Below are positions 11,851 to 24,960 of a stretch of DNA of 61,849 bases, in pieces. Location of the stretch: NCBI RefSeq assembly GCF_001194135.2, contig NC_068991.1, forward strand, positions 78,581,945-78,643,793. The letters run 5' to 3'. Each line of letters starts with the position of its first letter. Position 1 is the first letter of the stretch. Below the pieces are notes generated by a model. That model had not been told where the DNA came from and did no database searches. It worked only from the letters and a program-made list of their open reading frames with translations. Both the position numbers and the translations under genes were made by a program. The stretch is from Octopus bimaculoides (lineage: Eukaryota).

Positions 11851-14800
11851 CACACACATGTACATGCAGATATAACTCACTTCCGGCTCACAGCTAAACC
11901 AGTTTCCCAGTATATAGCTGCTACTTGGTTTACAAACCCTGAATATAAAATAAAAGCCAACCCTACTGTTATTTAAACTCAGAACGTTGTGAGAATTGTG
12001 AGAGGACATTTCAATGCAATAAAGCTTTCCACTCTGTGGCAAATATTAATGAAACACGAAAATAAAAGATGCTAAAACTCGTTATTGAATACATACAAAT
12101 GAAAATAATTCTTAGAAATATGAAGTGGAATCGTGAATAGTAATTCTGAAAAACAGGAAGCAGTGGAAGCGATTCAAATAAGAAAGGAAATAAAAGGTTA
12201 TATGATGCTCAGAATATATTTTCTTTGTTTTCTTCTAATATTCTACCTTATATTGTTGTATATCACTAGTAACACTTTAGGTCAAATAAGTATTTTCCCG
12301 ATATCCCTTTTTGCTACTCTGGTAAACTATTTCAAAGAAATAGCTTGTCTATTGGAAAGTATGAATGTAAAATCACCCACTCACATGCCAGAAAGAAACT
12401 TATTGATCGGCATCGCAAGGGATATTTTCAGAAACAAAAAAATGTTTCCCCTTTCATTTCAAAATCTTGTTCGTATTTTTTTGTTTTGGCTTCTCCTAGC
12501 ATGTTGGTGACTTGTTAAAGTTTACAATGTTGAAGCTAAGTATTTTAACAAAGAAAAGAGAGACTTTGTCTTCCATAGAATTTCAGCTGCTGTTAGTTAT
12601 AACTCAGTTGTTTCTGCCACTTTCAACTTTGTAGTCATTTTTTTTTCGGATATAATTCTTAAAATTCGCAAGAAGTGATGTAATGGTGAGCTTCGTTGGC
12701 GTCACATGAAAAACAGAAAAAGAAAGGTGGAGTGGATTTATTGATATGTAGCTCTACTGTAGTGCCAAATAAATATACATAATAAATGAAAGTGGGGAAG
12801 AGAGAGAGAGCATATAAATGCTCTCTCATTCTGCTCGAAATATCAGTTAAAGATACTGTTCTAAAAGAGGTGGATTTGTTAGCTAAACAATAAATGAAAT
12901 ATATTAATAAATTGAGATTAACTTAACCATGTTTTTAGTCAATATTAACGCGAACCAATGTCTAAATTAATAAGCACAACCTTCTAATTTCTTTGAGCTA
13001 CGATTAGGACGTTTTGTAAATCTCTAGTTCAGACAGGTAGGGAATTGCTGTTGGCTGAAACATACCTAGGTATAGGTAGTTTGTCAAGAATTCCTTGAAG
13101 GAATTTGACCAGGTGCCGTTTAAAGGTCATGGGTCGACTTTTCTTTCTTGATTTATTTCAGGATAATGTTAAATATAGCTGGGTCGATTGAGGCTGTGTC
13201 ACAGTGCATTGATATACTGTGGTTCAATTATTGTTAGGGGCATATGGCACGGGGTATTAGACTTAGTTTATTTTTTAACGTTGAGATTACTGGAGTAATG
13301 CATTTATCAGAAATGCAATTTTATTGTAATTTTCCTTCTAGTATCCATGCTAATCATGCAGTATTTTTACTGTATGAATAACCTTTTCCCCATTAGTTTG
13401 TCTTCTCCAAAATTACCTTAATTATAAATTTTGATGAATCATATTTTAACTTCATATTAGACTTTATATAATTAATATTTTCGCTGAAAATTTTAATGTT
13501 TAATTCAAATTCTAAAACATGCTGACTTGTCAGGTTTTGTAAGGAATTTTAATTTAGATTTTAATTTAAATTCAAGATTACATTAATTTATCTCTTGGCT
13601 TTCCTTTTTGCTTTGGTCGTAACGCATGCTGTGTTATATTGAATTGGTAAAGCAACTAGAATACCATACTTTCGATAACCATTTGAGCTATTTATTTTCT
13701 TTAGACCATCACTCGTTTTGTTTTTTCTTCTTTCTGGTTGAGTTCTTGATCTGGTACCTATTCATACTAATTCAGAATAAAGCACTTTGCCCCAGGAACA
13801 TGACTTTAATCTTTTACTGCTTTTAACCATTGGACTGAAATTATACTGGAGTATTTTTCCTTGAACGGTTTGGTCGATGAAATCCATTTCAGCACTTGGG
13901 TTTCAGCCTGGTATTTATTCTATCGAAGGACTGTAAACACTAGCGACTCTATCAATTCAATACCCCGGCGGAACTGTATTGCTTATATTAATTGCTGTTG
14001 TTGTTATTGTTGTTTAGTCCTAAGTTTACTGAGCAGTCTTAAGATTAAAGTGTTCCTTCCTCGTCGACCATCTTGCCCTTACATTCACGAATGCCTTATT
14101 CAATGGTTCTTTCCTTTCTTCAGAACAATAGAGTATAATCTGAGAGAAACTGGCTGCTCTTACTAGCGGGTTGAGTGACTGTATAGAGGATTAATTTATT
14201 TGCCATTTTAGTCATTGTTGTTGTTGTTGTTGTGGTAGTGATCGTCATTGCTTTTGTCTTTTAGTCTCAGGAGAGTTCTGAAGGAGTAAACCTATAATCA
14301 AAGTTGTTTTATCCATAATCCTTAGAGATTTTTAAGGCAGATTATCTAAAGCTACATTATTCAGTATGTTTTTCTCCATGCGCAATTCGAATAAAATTTG
14401 GCTGCGACTTCTAGCGACCAAGTGGTTTGCTGAGTTAGTATATTAAGTTGGCAGATAATAATATATAGTTGCTGGAATTTTTATCAACTTCTTGTGACAT
14501 CCATGTAGACAGGTTTCAACTTTCACTGAATTTTCAAAATTAATTAGATATTTCAGATGTGTAAGCAAATGTCAAATGGCAGGACTGCTAGCTGATAGGA
14601 ATGGAATAGCGATATCTCGTTGGCACTGAGTGATGGCAGGCAATGCGGAAAACCTCCCAGATCATTAATTAATATACGTAAGGTAATCTTTAGCTTTAAC
14701 AAGAAATAAGATATACACGGATAAGAATAAAACATCGAGCTTTGCAATATTGTGGTTCAACTTAAACGACATATATAGGTGTATATCACAGACTCCAGAT

Positions 14801-15174
14801 TTGAAAAATGGATGATGCATAAGACTGAAGCTTATGCACGCACGTATACGTGCGCATGCACCGACTCACAGACACACAGACACATAGACACACACATGCA
14901 AACCACATATACACTCACAGGTATACACAGCAACTCGAAGACACACACACATACACACAAGCAAACAACACAAAAGATACGTATTTATAAAACATAACGA
15001 GGAGCTCGTAAGGAGTGGCTCAATCTGCTAGAAATAATAGTCGGGTCTTCGTCAAATCATATCACTTTACCGTTTTAAATAGTTTCCTGTTTCTCATTGA
15101 AGTTAGTCACGGCTGGAAAGCTTTTGTTTAAACATCTACTTAGTCAGATCTGATCTGGTGTTAAGCTACATACA

Positions 15175-15224
<50 letters not shown>

Positions 15225-16581
15225 NNNNNNNNNNNNNNNNNNNNNNNNNNNNNNNNNNNNNNNNNNNNNNNNNNNNNNNNNNNNNNNNNNNNNNNNNNNN
15301 NNNNNNNNNNNNNNNNNNNNNNNNNNNNNNNNNNNNNNNNNNNNNNNNNNNNNNNNNNNNNNNNNNNNNNNNNNNNNNNNNNNNNNNGGAAGAGAAAGAG
15401 AAGGAGAGGGAGAGAAAGGAATTAAGATTAAAAGTAGAAAAGAAAGAATTTAGTACCGAATTCTGTTTATGTGGCAGACAATCTCTTTGATAAACGATAG
15501 TACCCGAAACATTAGATTCTCATGTGTTTCTTTCTTTAGCGTATTTACCTTGTAAATGCATTTCTTTGATTGTTGTTTTTTTCCCTTTATATATCTACGC
15601 TTTTCAGTCACGAACTTTTGCTTGTCTGATTCCGTGTGTTACTATTTATTTGTCTCTTCTTTGGTTCATAATCTTACACAGACTATTTGTGCGATTTTCT
15701 CTCTATCTTACTCTTTCTCTCCCTCTCTCTTCCCCTCTCTCTTCCCCTCTCTCTCTTCTTCTCTCTCATTTCCCCTCTCCCCCTCTCCTCCCTTCTCTCT
15801 CTATAGACATATGCATACATATATATATACATATATACATATCCACACATACATACATACATGCACACAACACTCATATATATATATAAATATATATATN
15901 NNNNNNNNNATAATAGAATAATTATGAGTAGTATATCGAGAAAAGGATATCCTTTAATACAGCACAACTCATTAGCGCTCTTAAGGAGTAATAAGAGTAT
16001 AGGCAAGAGTGGAGAAGAAATTTCAAAGGTGAAGCCCCTTTATTAAATTAAATCCCTTCGCATCACAGGCGTATTCGTATACAGTATCATTTCAAGAACA
16101 AATATACAAATCATGAAAGCATATAATACATAAATGTAACAGCATTAAAGCATTCGATGTTAAGCATTCAAGTTTTACTAATCGATGACGAGGTTAGAAG
16201 GTTGGAATCCAAATAGTGGTGGTATACGATGAATTAGGATGAATATTCAGTGAGTTTATATTCTTACAATCGTTTCGAAAAATTGTGGTTTGAAGTGGGA
16301 GAGTTTTCTATCCATTCTGTCAACACTTCAAATGTAAAATTCTTCCCTGGAGACAGAGGCTGGTGTTATCCGATGATGGAATCAAGTAACAATCATTATT
16401 TTGGACAACCAGGCCCCCACAAACAGCTGTTGGACTCGTAAAACTTATTCAACTCCTTTAATTCCTGATATCATTTCTCTTCTGTATAAGTCGGACCTTT
16501 TTATATGTAAACTTCTTGTATTAAATGTATTTAATATTTTTTGTATATCGATTTGCCTAACTTGCTGTCCTTTCATTTATT

Positions 16582-16655
<74 letters not shown>

Positions 16656-17243
16656 CGTGCGTGTGAGTGTGTGAGTCTAAGTACCAGACTTAAAAAAATA
16701 ATGGGGTCGATTCGTTCGAGTAAAGCCTTTCAAGACGGTGCTCCATTATGGCCGCAGTGCAATGTCGGAAACAAGTAAAAGACAAAAGCTTTGTTTAACA
16801 CAAAAATGGCTTATTTTTTAAAACGTAAATCCTCAAATAGTTTGTCATAATTGATCATAGAACAAGTTTGTTAAACATGTTCTACCTTGCTCTAAAAGAT
16901 AATTATAAATAATTTTAAACAAAACATTACGCAGAGAATTTGTTTTATATCTCTGACATTAGCTAAAATCTTCCAAGAAACAACAATGATTTTTAGACAA
17001 CTTGACATGTTAATTCGCCTTTTATTTGATCGTTCGTCTTTGTTTTCTTTTTCAACCTACCACTCTTTTCTTTTTATGAGCGTATATATCACTATATGCC
17101 TATCTCTTTTCTCTCGTTCTCTCTCTATCTTTTCCAGAGCTCTGTAGGTATTGGTAGATGTACGTCTAAATTTAGGTACACATACTTGAATGCTCACAGC
17201 TACATCTCTCTCCGTACACACAAACTTGCATTTATGTACATGG

Positions 17244-17334
<91 letters not shown>

Positions 17335-17336
<2 letters not shown>

Positions 17337-17731
17337 GGGTGCGATGGGTAAATTGTCGCCATTTTATATTTTTTAACTTCGCGCATGCACGTTGTTTTTG
17401 ATTTTGTCGATTACACTGTATAGTAGGGTCAGTTGGGCACTATCTTTGAGAAAAATTGCCGCTGGCTTCAACCATGGCCTCCAGACGACTTTGGAATCTC
17501 CTGCAACTCTTCTAGACGATCTCCTTATTTAAGTGTGTGAATACTGCCATAATCCTTGCCTTCAGTTCATCTTTGGTTGAAGCCAATGACGTTTTTATTG
17601 AATAAATTTACTCTTTCGTATTTCAAGATATTTTAATGTAATTTTCGTAAATATATTTGATAAAATGAGATGTCAGTGTTATTTTGTTTTTTTTTGCGTA
17701 ATTTAGACGACAATTTATTCACCTCACCCTG
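17335..17731 (-). mobile_element. Internally deleted Tc1/mariner-superfamily element with both TIRs
   Basis: AAGGGTGCGATGGGTAAATTGTCGCC at left and reverse-complement CAGGGTGAGGTGAATAAATTGTCGTC at right; minus-strand STKDELKARIMAVFTHLNKEIV*KSCRRFQSRLEAMVEASGNF resembles a transposase C-terminus. Confidence 0.75.
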
Positions 17732-18794
17732 TGTACATGTAGGATGAAACTCTGAGCGGCACCAGAGTGGTAGCTCAAAATTTAATTTCTATTTTCCATC
17801 TACCATTGTGTGTGTGTGTGTACATACATACAAATACGATTTATTAACATGCATAAAAATAATATATATAAATCAGCAATATATACGAATATATATATAA
17901 ATATATATACGAATGAATATATATGTGTGTGTATTAACTTTTACAAGGAAAATTTTCACAATGACATCGAAATTTTGGCCGGCTTGCCTTCATCAATGTC
18001 AAACATTTTCCTGTAAACGTTAATAAATTATATACTCTACTAAAAAAATATTGAGTAATCCTTTAATCCTTCAGTTTAATGTTAAATTGTTTTAAGCGTA
18101 ACTTGACATATATAAAAAAAAACTACCAAACATTATTATACACGTGTACACACACGCACAGAGTACACATATGTTTATGTCAGCATTAATCAAATGATAT
18201 AGATCAATACACATTTCATGCGTTAGACATAAGAGTTCAATGCGGATTCAGACTATAATTGTTGTAATATAGTGATATAAAATATACATACAACACAACG
18301 CAAATGTTTTAGTGCCTCGTCTGCTAAAGATAAGGTAGGACAACCGCTGTGTCGGTGACGCATATTGAGCTAGAAACACCTGTTTGTAGTTGTCCTCTTA
18401 TCTTCAGACAATCCGAATGTTTTCCCGTTAATGGCATATCAGCTTCGGAGAATCTTCACATTGCAGTTGGTCCTAATTGCCACTAAGTATTTGTTTACTT
18501 TTCCTCCGAAGGGAGATAATATGAATAAATCACTAACTTATCTTGTAGGGTATCTGATATATCTTTATTCATCGTTATTGTTCACATGGCCACTCTGAAT
18601 TGTCTTAGCTCATTTTCATGTATGTATGTGTGTATGTATGTGTGTGGGTATGTATGTATAAATGTATGTATGTGTGTGTGTAAATGTATGTATGTGTATA
18701 TGTGTGGGTATGTATGTGTGTATAAATGTATGTATGTGTATATGTGCAGGTATGTTCGTATGTATGGATGCATATATAGATGTATGTATGTATA

Positions 18795-19414
18795 TCTCTT
18801 CTATTTTTTGTTATAAATCTTCCACTGAGGAGGGAGCTGGTTTGCAACAAAGACACAAGGCTTCATCTTTTGGATGGAGTTAACACAGGCAAATTCACAT
18901 TTGGAACTTGAGAGAAGTCTTGTGTATTTTTACTGTTCCACTAACAGATTGCACTTGTAATGTTCGAACCAACCGATCAATTTCTTTTTCTGAAAATCCC
19001 AGTTTACCCAGATTCTCTTTTAAGCATTTACTTACAAAACCTATTACTCCAATTATTATTGGTATGAAATGAATTCATAGTCTGGATATAGAAGCTGGAG
19101 GTTTCGAAACATCTGTCCATGGATATCCGCTTATTCTTTTATTTTCAAAGAGATATTTATATCTGCAGGACAGCTGACCTCTATGATGGAACATACCTTT
19201 GCCCTCTGTCCCAAACAACAATATCCGGCCTGTTATGCTTACATTTGGCAAAAATTTTGATGCGAATATTCCACCAGTATTCCTTGAGTTGGTGTTTATG
19301 AGTGTTTTCCATAACAGAGGGATTTTTTAAGTTTATTTCAGAAAAGTCTTTCTTGCGGATGGCATTGTAAATTATTTTAGCAGCAACATCGTGCTGCATT
19401 GGGAGGTAGTACCG
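18795..19414 (-). mobile_element. RLE-type non-LTR retrotransposon (R4/Dong/NeSL-like), 5'-truncated, between (CATA)n tracts
   Basis: YYLPMQHDVAAKIIYNAI...YWWNIRIK..KCKHNRPDIVVWD (frameshift) IEVSCPADINISLKIKE*...FRNLQLLYPDY...IPIIIG: post-zinc-knuckle RHD-like motif and PD-(D/E)xK endonuclease. Confidence 0.87.
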
Positions 19415-19528
19415 TGTATGTATGTATGTATGTATGTATGTATGTATGTATGTATGTATGTATGTATGTATGTATGTATGCGTGTGTGTGTGTATGAGTG
19501 TGTATGTATATATAATATATATATTACG

Positions 19529-19958
19529 GAGATGTACTTGCATAGCAAGTGGCCTGATCTGAGATCGTGTGCTGGAACGAAAACAATTGCAGCGTGGAAG
19601 GTGTTTATAAGCTATTTAAAATAACACCCAAAAACCGTTAGATTCACTTCAACATTTAAATTTAATTTGTCAAAATATTTTCGTTGCTTTGAGACCGTGA
19701 CCTGTTCGCTGAAGCTTTGAGACCGTGACCTGTTCACTGAAAAAATTCTGTGCTGTATGCAACACAGAATTTTTTCAGTGAACAGGTCACGGTCACAAAG
19801 CAACGAAAATATTTTGACATATTAAATTTAAATGTTGAAGTGAATCTAACGGTTTTTGGGTGTTATTTTAAATAGCTTATAAACACCTTCCACGCTGCAA
19901 TTGTTTTCGTTCCAGCACACGATCTCAGATCAGGCCACTTGCTATGCAAGTACATCTC
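19529..19958. mobile_element. 430 bp palindromic foldback element (196 bp arms, ~2 mismatches, 10 nt spacer, 28 bp tandem duplication in left arm)
   Basis: Arms 19529-19752 and 19763-19958 are reverse complements; the right end runs into an N-gap. Confidence 0.95.
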
Positions 19959-20155
19959 NNNNNNNNNNNNNNNNNNNNNNNNNNNNNNNNNNNNNNNNNN
20001 NNNNNNNNNNNNNNNNNTATATATATATATATATGGATGCATGGAGGTCTGCCTGCCTGTATATATGTATGTATGCACGCATGTTTATATCTATATCTAT
20101 CTATGTATCTATCTCTTTGCCTTTTTATCTATCTCTCTATCTATCTCTCTATCTC

Positions 20156-20191
<36 letters not shown>

Positions 20192-22661
20192 GTCATGTAT
20201 TTGATTTTCGACATATACGCACAGTAATTTAGTATAGATATAGCCGCTCTATCTTAATTCTCTTTTTTCTTTGAGTTTGATAGTGATGCCCAACAAGTTT
20301 CAAATTACTCACTAAACATTTCCGAAGTTCTACATTAATTACCCGGTTGTATTACGGAATCACCCGAAGTGTTCTTCAATAAACAATTTGCAAACGGTCT
20401 TTTCAGGCTTCTGTCTTCTCGGCAGTTGAGATAAATTTGGCCTCAGACATAGTTGACATCGATATTGATATATTTGGTAAATATGAAAACAAGAATATCA
20501 AGAGACGTATCAGAATAATTTTTCATTTATTCAATTAACACCGTTTTTAGAAAGAGTTGCACAATCGTTCGGTGACAGGACTGATTCCAAATGAGAGGGG
20601 TAATAATCTAAAGAATAAAGCATCCTCCAGAATTGGCATGATATTACAGAGTTTGTCTTGAGACGAGAGAACAGTTGAATACACGTTTCTCACTTAACAC
20701 GCGTCATCAGCGCAGCAGTTGTACAATTTTGTATCCAGCAGACAATATATTTCGATATATTCAAAAAGAATAGAACAGATTTATGACCTATGATAATTTC
20801 TATGATTTAAACGAAGAAGAGACCCTCACTCCTTCCTAAGTCTGCTCGAAGTAGCAGCTACACCTCATTCGGATCCCATCTTTCGGTCTAAAACAGAGAA
20901 ATGAAAAGAAGAAGAAAGGGAAAAATACACCAGACGGTATGACCCTCGATAACTGTAAGCCATAAACCGAGAGGATGCTCTCGAGTAAAATATCTTTGAA
21001 AATGCTCGATCACCACTACCACCGCCATCACCTCTGACCCTGCTGCCGCCACCACGGCCGCCGCCACTACGCTGAATAGGAGTCTAAAACGTGTATGAAT
21101 ATTAAGATCTTGTTTCTTTTACAGCTTTTAGTTTAAATTTACGGCTATCAAAACATTTTAATGCTTGGTTTGTATGAAATTAAAACATTTTTGAATTAAC
21201 GTAATTGTGACACATAGATAAATAATGGAATTTATAGCTTATATCTATCTGTGTATATATACATATNNNNNNNNNNNNNNNNNNNNNNNNNNNNNNNNNN
21301 NNNNNNNNNNNNNNNNNNNNNNNNNNNNNNNNNNNNNNNNNNNNNNNNNNNNNNNNNNNNNNNNNNNNNNNNNNNNNNNNNNNNNNNNNNNNNNNNNNNN
21401 NNNNNNNNNNNNNNNNNNNNNNNNNNNNNNNNNNNNNNNNNNNNNNNNNNNNNNNNNNNNNNNNNNNNNNNNNNNNNNNNNNNNNNNNNNNNNNNNNNNN
21501 NNNNNNNNNNNNNNNNNNNNNNNNNNNNNNNNNNNNNNNNNNNNNNNNNNNNNNNNNNNNNNNNNNNNNNNNNNNNNNNNNNNNNNNNNNNNNNNNNNNN
21601 NNNNNNNNNNNNNNNNNNNNNNNNNNNNNNNNNNNNNNNNNNNNNNNNNNNNNNNNNNNNNNNNNNNNNNNNNNNNNNNNNNNNNNNNNNNNNNNNNNNN
21701 NNNNNNNNNNNNNNNNNNNNNNNNNNNNNNNNNNNNTATATATATATATATATATATATATAAATACACACACACACACACATATATATGTGTAATCATA
21801 CATCTGTGCAAGTTTCAAAATGTAAGCCTCGTCTCATAGATGGCGTTCTTCATATTCTTTGTGTTGTAGTTTTGTTTTCTTTCATAACGATAGTTCCGCC
21901 CTCAATTTAACAGAATATGGTTTATTTAATAGTCCAAGAAAAACATCTTTGTTATTCTTGTTATCGATATTTTGACACATATTTGTTTGTAGCAATCTAT
22001 TGGCTTCCTTTCAAGAGAGGATATAATCAAATTTCTATGAGAACAAAGATGTAACACAACAGCAGCCTTGATAGTATGTTGGTCTTTGTAACTTTAGCAG
22101 GATGTGTTCGTGTACGATGTGTAACTCTGTTTAACTCAATGACTTCTAGTCTACGAAATGTAGTCGGAGAGAGAAATGCAATAATAATAGATACCCCAAG
22201 CCTCTCAAGGTCATTCAGTATAAGCGATAAAATCACTCAGATGATAGTATCAAGGTTACTCCTCAATTTGGATGCTTAAATGTTTAGTTTTGAGGATTAA
22301 ACGTCACTGGAGAGTAATTCATAGGAGGGCAGTTTGAAAGAGTAAGGATTGGATTAAATGTACAGAGATGAGGAAGGTTTGCCGGGGGAAACATAATTGG
22401 GGGAGGTGAGAAACGAGAGATAAAAGGAAATTGAAATTAGTGAGTTTAAGGAGAGATGGTATAAAGACGTGTAAATGAAGGGTCAAGTAGATAGGTAGAT
22501 AGAGATAGATATCTAGGTAGAGGTATATAAAAAGAGAGACAGACAGACAGACAGATAGAGACAGGCAGAGATGGAGGGAGAGAGAGAGAGAGAGGGGGAA
22601 ATAAATGATTAGATAGGAAGGCGAGAAAATGAATGCATAAAAGAATAAAAGATATATGTAT

Positions 22662-23236
22662 GTCATTATTCAGTTTAATTTCAAGATTTCTTACCAATAG
22701 AGAAAGAGCCGGTTTCTAACCTAGAGCCAAGGCTCCTTCGCTGGAATTTCAACATTAACAACAAGGTATTTTTATATGCATGTACGTATGTATATGTGCA
22801 GATTTGTATGTTTTATGTATATATTCTCATGCATATAGTTACATATCTAGACATGCTCATATATATTCAAATGATAAATTTCTGGAAAGTGTTACAGATT
22901 TCTACAGTTCCAGTGATAGGATTGGATCTGTAGTCTTCAAATTAGCTTTCTCCTTTCTGATTTTGAGAAGCCTAATTTCTCAAGATTGGTATCTAAGCAG
23001 TGTGTTACATATCCCAGTGTCCCAATAATTACAGGTATATACCTGAACTTGTAATTTGGATAGAGTAACTGCAGATTTCTCAATAGTTCAGCATAGGTGT
23101 TCTCTTTTTCACTAATCTTCAGCTCTATGTTAACCTCCGCTGTGCAACTAATTTCCACAACAGTGCACAGTTTCTCTTCTCTATCTCAAATCATTATATC
23201 AGGCCTGTTGTGCTTACAATTGATTGAGGTTTTCAC
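22662..23236 (-). mobile_element. RLE-type non-LTR retrotransposon, 5'-truncated (endonuclease region plus 3'UTR)
   Basis: VKTSINCKHNRPDI...VEISCTAEVNIELKISEKENTYAELLRNLQLLYPNYKFRYIPVIIGTLGYVTHCLDTNLEKLGFSKSERRKLI...FQKFII*. Confidence 0.9.
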
Positions 23237-24285
23237 TGTATGTAAGTATGTATATATGTGTATATCTGCATATCTGTAGATACCTTTTATCTTTTATCGG
23301 TTACATTTTCAACCATTGGACAGAAGTCATAATGAGGCACCGCCTTGAATGGGTTAGTCAAACAAATCGAACATCAGGTTCTTGTTGCATTGGTCACATT
23401 TGCTGAACGACGCCCTAAACAAACCGACACCGGTGGTGGGGACAAACACAGCTGCAAAGTCACATATATATACGTGCGCGCACGCACGCGTGTTGCACAC
23501 ACGCGTGTGTGTATCTTTAAGTCTGTATTTGTCACCCACTGTTTGGCAACCGCTGTTGTTTTGTTTACGCCTGCGTTATCTAGCGACAAAAGCAACCGAT
23601 AGAAAATGTGCCAAACTTTAAAAATAAATGAAATAAAACGTAAGTACGGGAGTAGAGTTGTTCAACTAACCTTTCAAAGAAGCGTAATTCCTGCATGGTC
23701 GCAGTTGAATGCCTGAAACACCTAACAGAAGAAGAAGAGTAAAAGAAATCCTATGTATTGTACACATATATATATCTTAAGAATGCAAGAAAGTAACTTA
23801 ATGTTGAAATGCAAATAAAAAAACAAAAAAGAAAATGGGAGGAAAAGCGAAAATTAATGTGAAAATATTCACCAAGTGTGCTACCATTTTTATGAGGATA
23901 ACTATCACTCGAATGCGTTTAGAGAAAAATAACAAAGAAATATATTGCATTAGGATGCCATAAACTCAGCGGGTCATTTTTGGCAGATTCTCGTCAGTTC
24001 ACAGCTAATCGGGAAGGTTATATCAGATCTGTTCGCGTCTGCAGAACTCTCGTATGTTTTGTTTCATATTTCTGGAAATAGTTCTTTCATCAAAAGAACA
24101 ATCTTTACGTTTTATTATTAATTGACTCTGATGGATGACCTCCACTTTGGGAATGTCTTTATTTACTTATTTGTTTATTTATTTATTTATTTACTTTTCT
24201 ATTTATCTCTTTTCAACACAAAAGATCGTACTAACTGCATTACATATATGTGTGTGAGTTTATGTGCATGTGTGTGTGTACGTAC

Positions 24286-24323
<38 letters not shown>

Positions 24324-24431
24324 CTGTATGTGTAAAATAACAGTTTTAGAAAAAAAACATTGGTTTCATATCAAACAGGAACAGCACAAATATCAGTAAC
24401 ATCAATGTCTGTGCAACTAGGTTACATGTAT

Positions 24432-24727
24432 GTCATTCTTCAGTTTAATTTCAAGATTTCTGGCTATTAGAGAAAGAACCGGTTTCTAACCTAGATTCAA
24501 GGCTCCTTCATTGGAATTTGAACATCAACAACAGGATATGTATGTATGTATTCTCATGCATATAGTTACATATCTAGACATGCTCATATATATTTAAATG
24601 ATAAACTTCTGGAAAGGTTTATAGATTTTTATAGTTCCAGTGATGGTTTGGATCTGTAGTTTTCGAATTAGCTTTCTACTTTCTGCTTTTGAGAAGCCTA
24701 ATTTCTCAAGATTGGTATCTAGGCAGT
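24432..24727 (-). mobile_element. RLE-type non-LTR retrotransposon, more deeply 5'-truncated copy of the 22662-23236 family
   Basis: CLDTNLEKLGFSKAESRKLIRKLQIQTITGTIKIYKPFQKFII* plus the same 3'UTR. Confidence 0.88.
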
Positions 24728-24730
24728 ATG

Positions 24731-24764
<34 letters not shown>

Positions 24765-24834
24765 TGTATGTATGTATGTATGTATGTATGTATGTATGTA
24801 TGCATGCATGTATGGATGCATGTATGTATAGCAA

Positions 24835-24960
24835 TGTAACTACACGTATATCGCTGGCGATATCTTCTCCGTCTTTCGACTTTTCTCTTTCTCATTTCCG
24901 ACGAAGAGCTGTGCTCGAAACGTCAAGCTCTCTCCTTTCACTGAGCGTCAAGCTAATACG
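24835..24960 (+). mobile_element. Penelope-like pseudo-LTR fragment with hammerhead motif at 24895-24927
   Basis: TTT-CCGACGA-A-GAGC-TGT-GCTC-GAAA-CGT-C-AAG; homologous to 7965-8100. Confidence 0.72.

Noticed and set aside
12133-12510. 125 aa hydrophobic ORF as a possible receptor N-terminal exon
   Set aside because: No GN/TM1 or LAxxD/TM2 motif, no convincing splice sites; T-rich composition explains the hydrophobicity.
20560-20800. Possible RLE zinc-knuckle remnant (YRVCLETRE.VE...SCTIL)
   Set aside because: Needs several assumed frameshifts; too degenerate to support.
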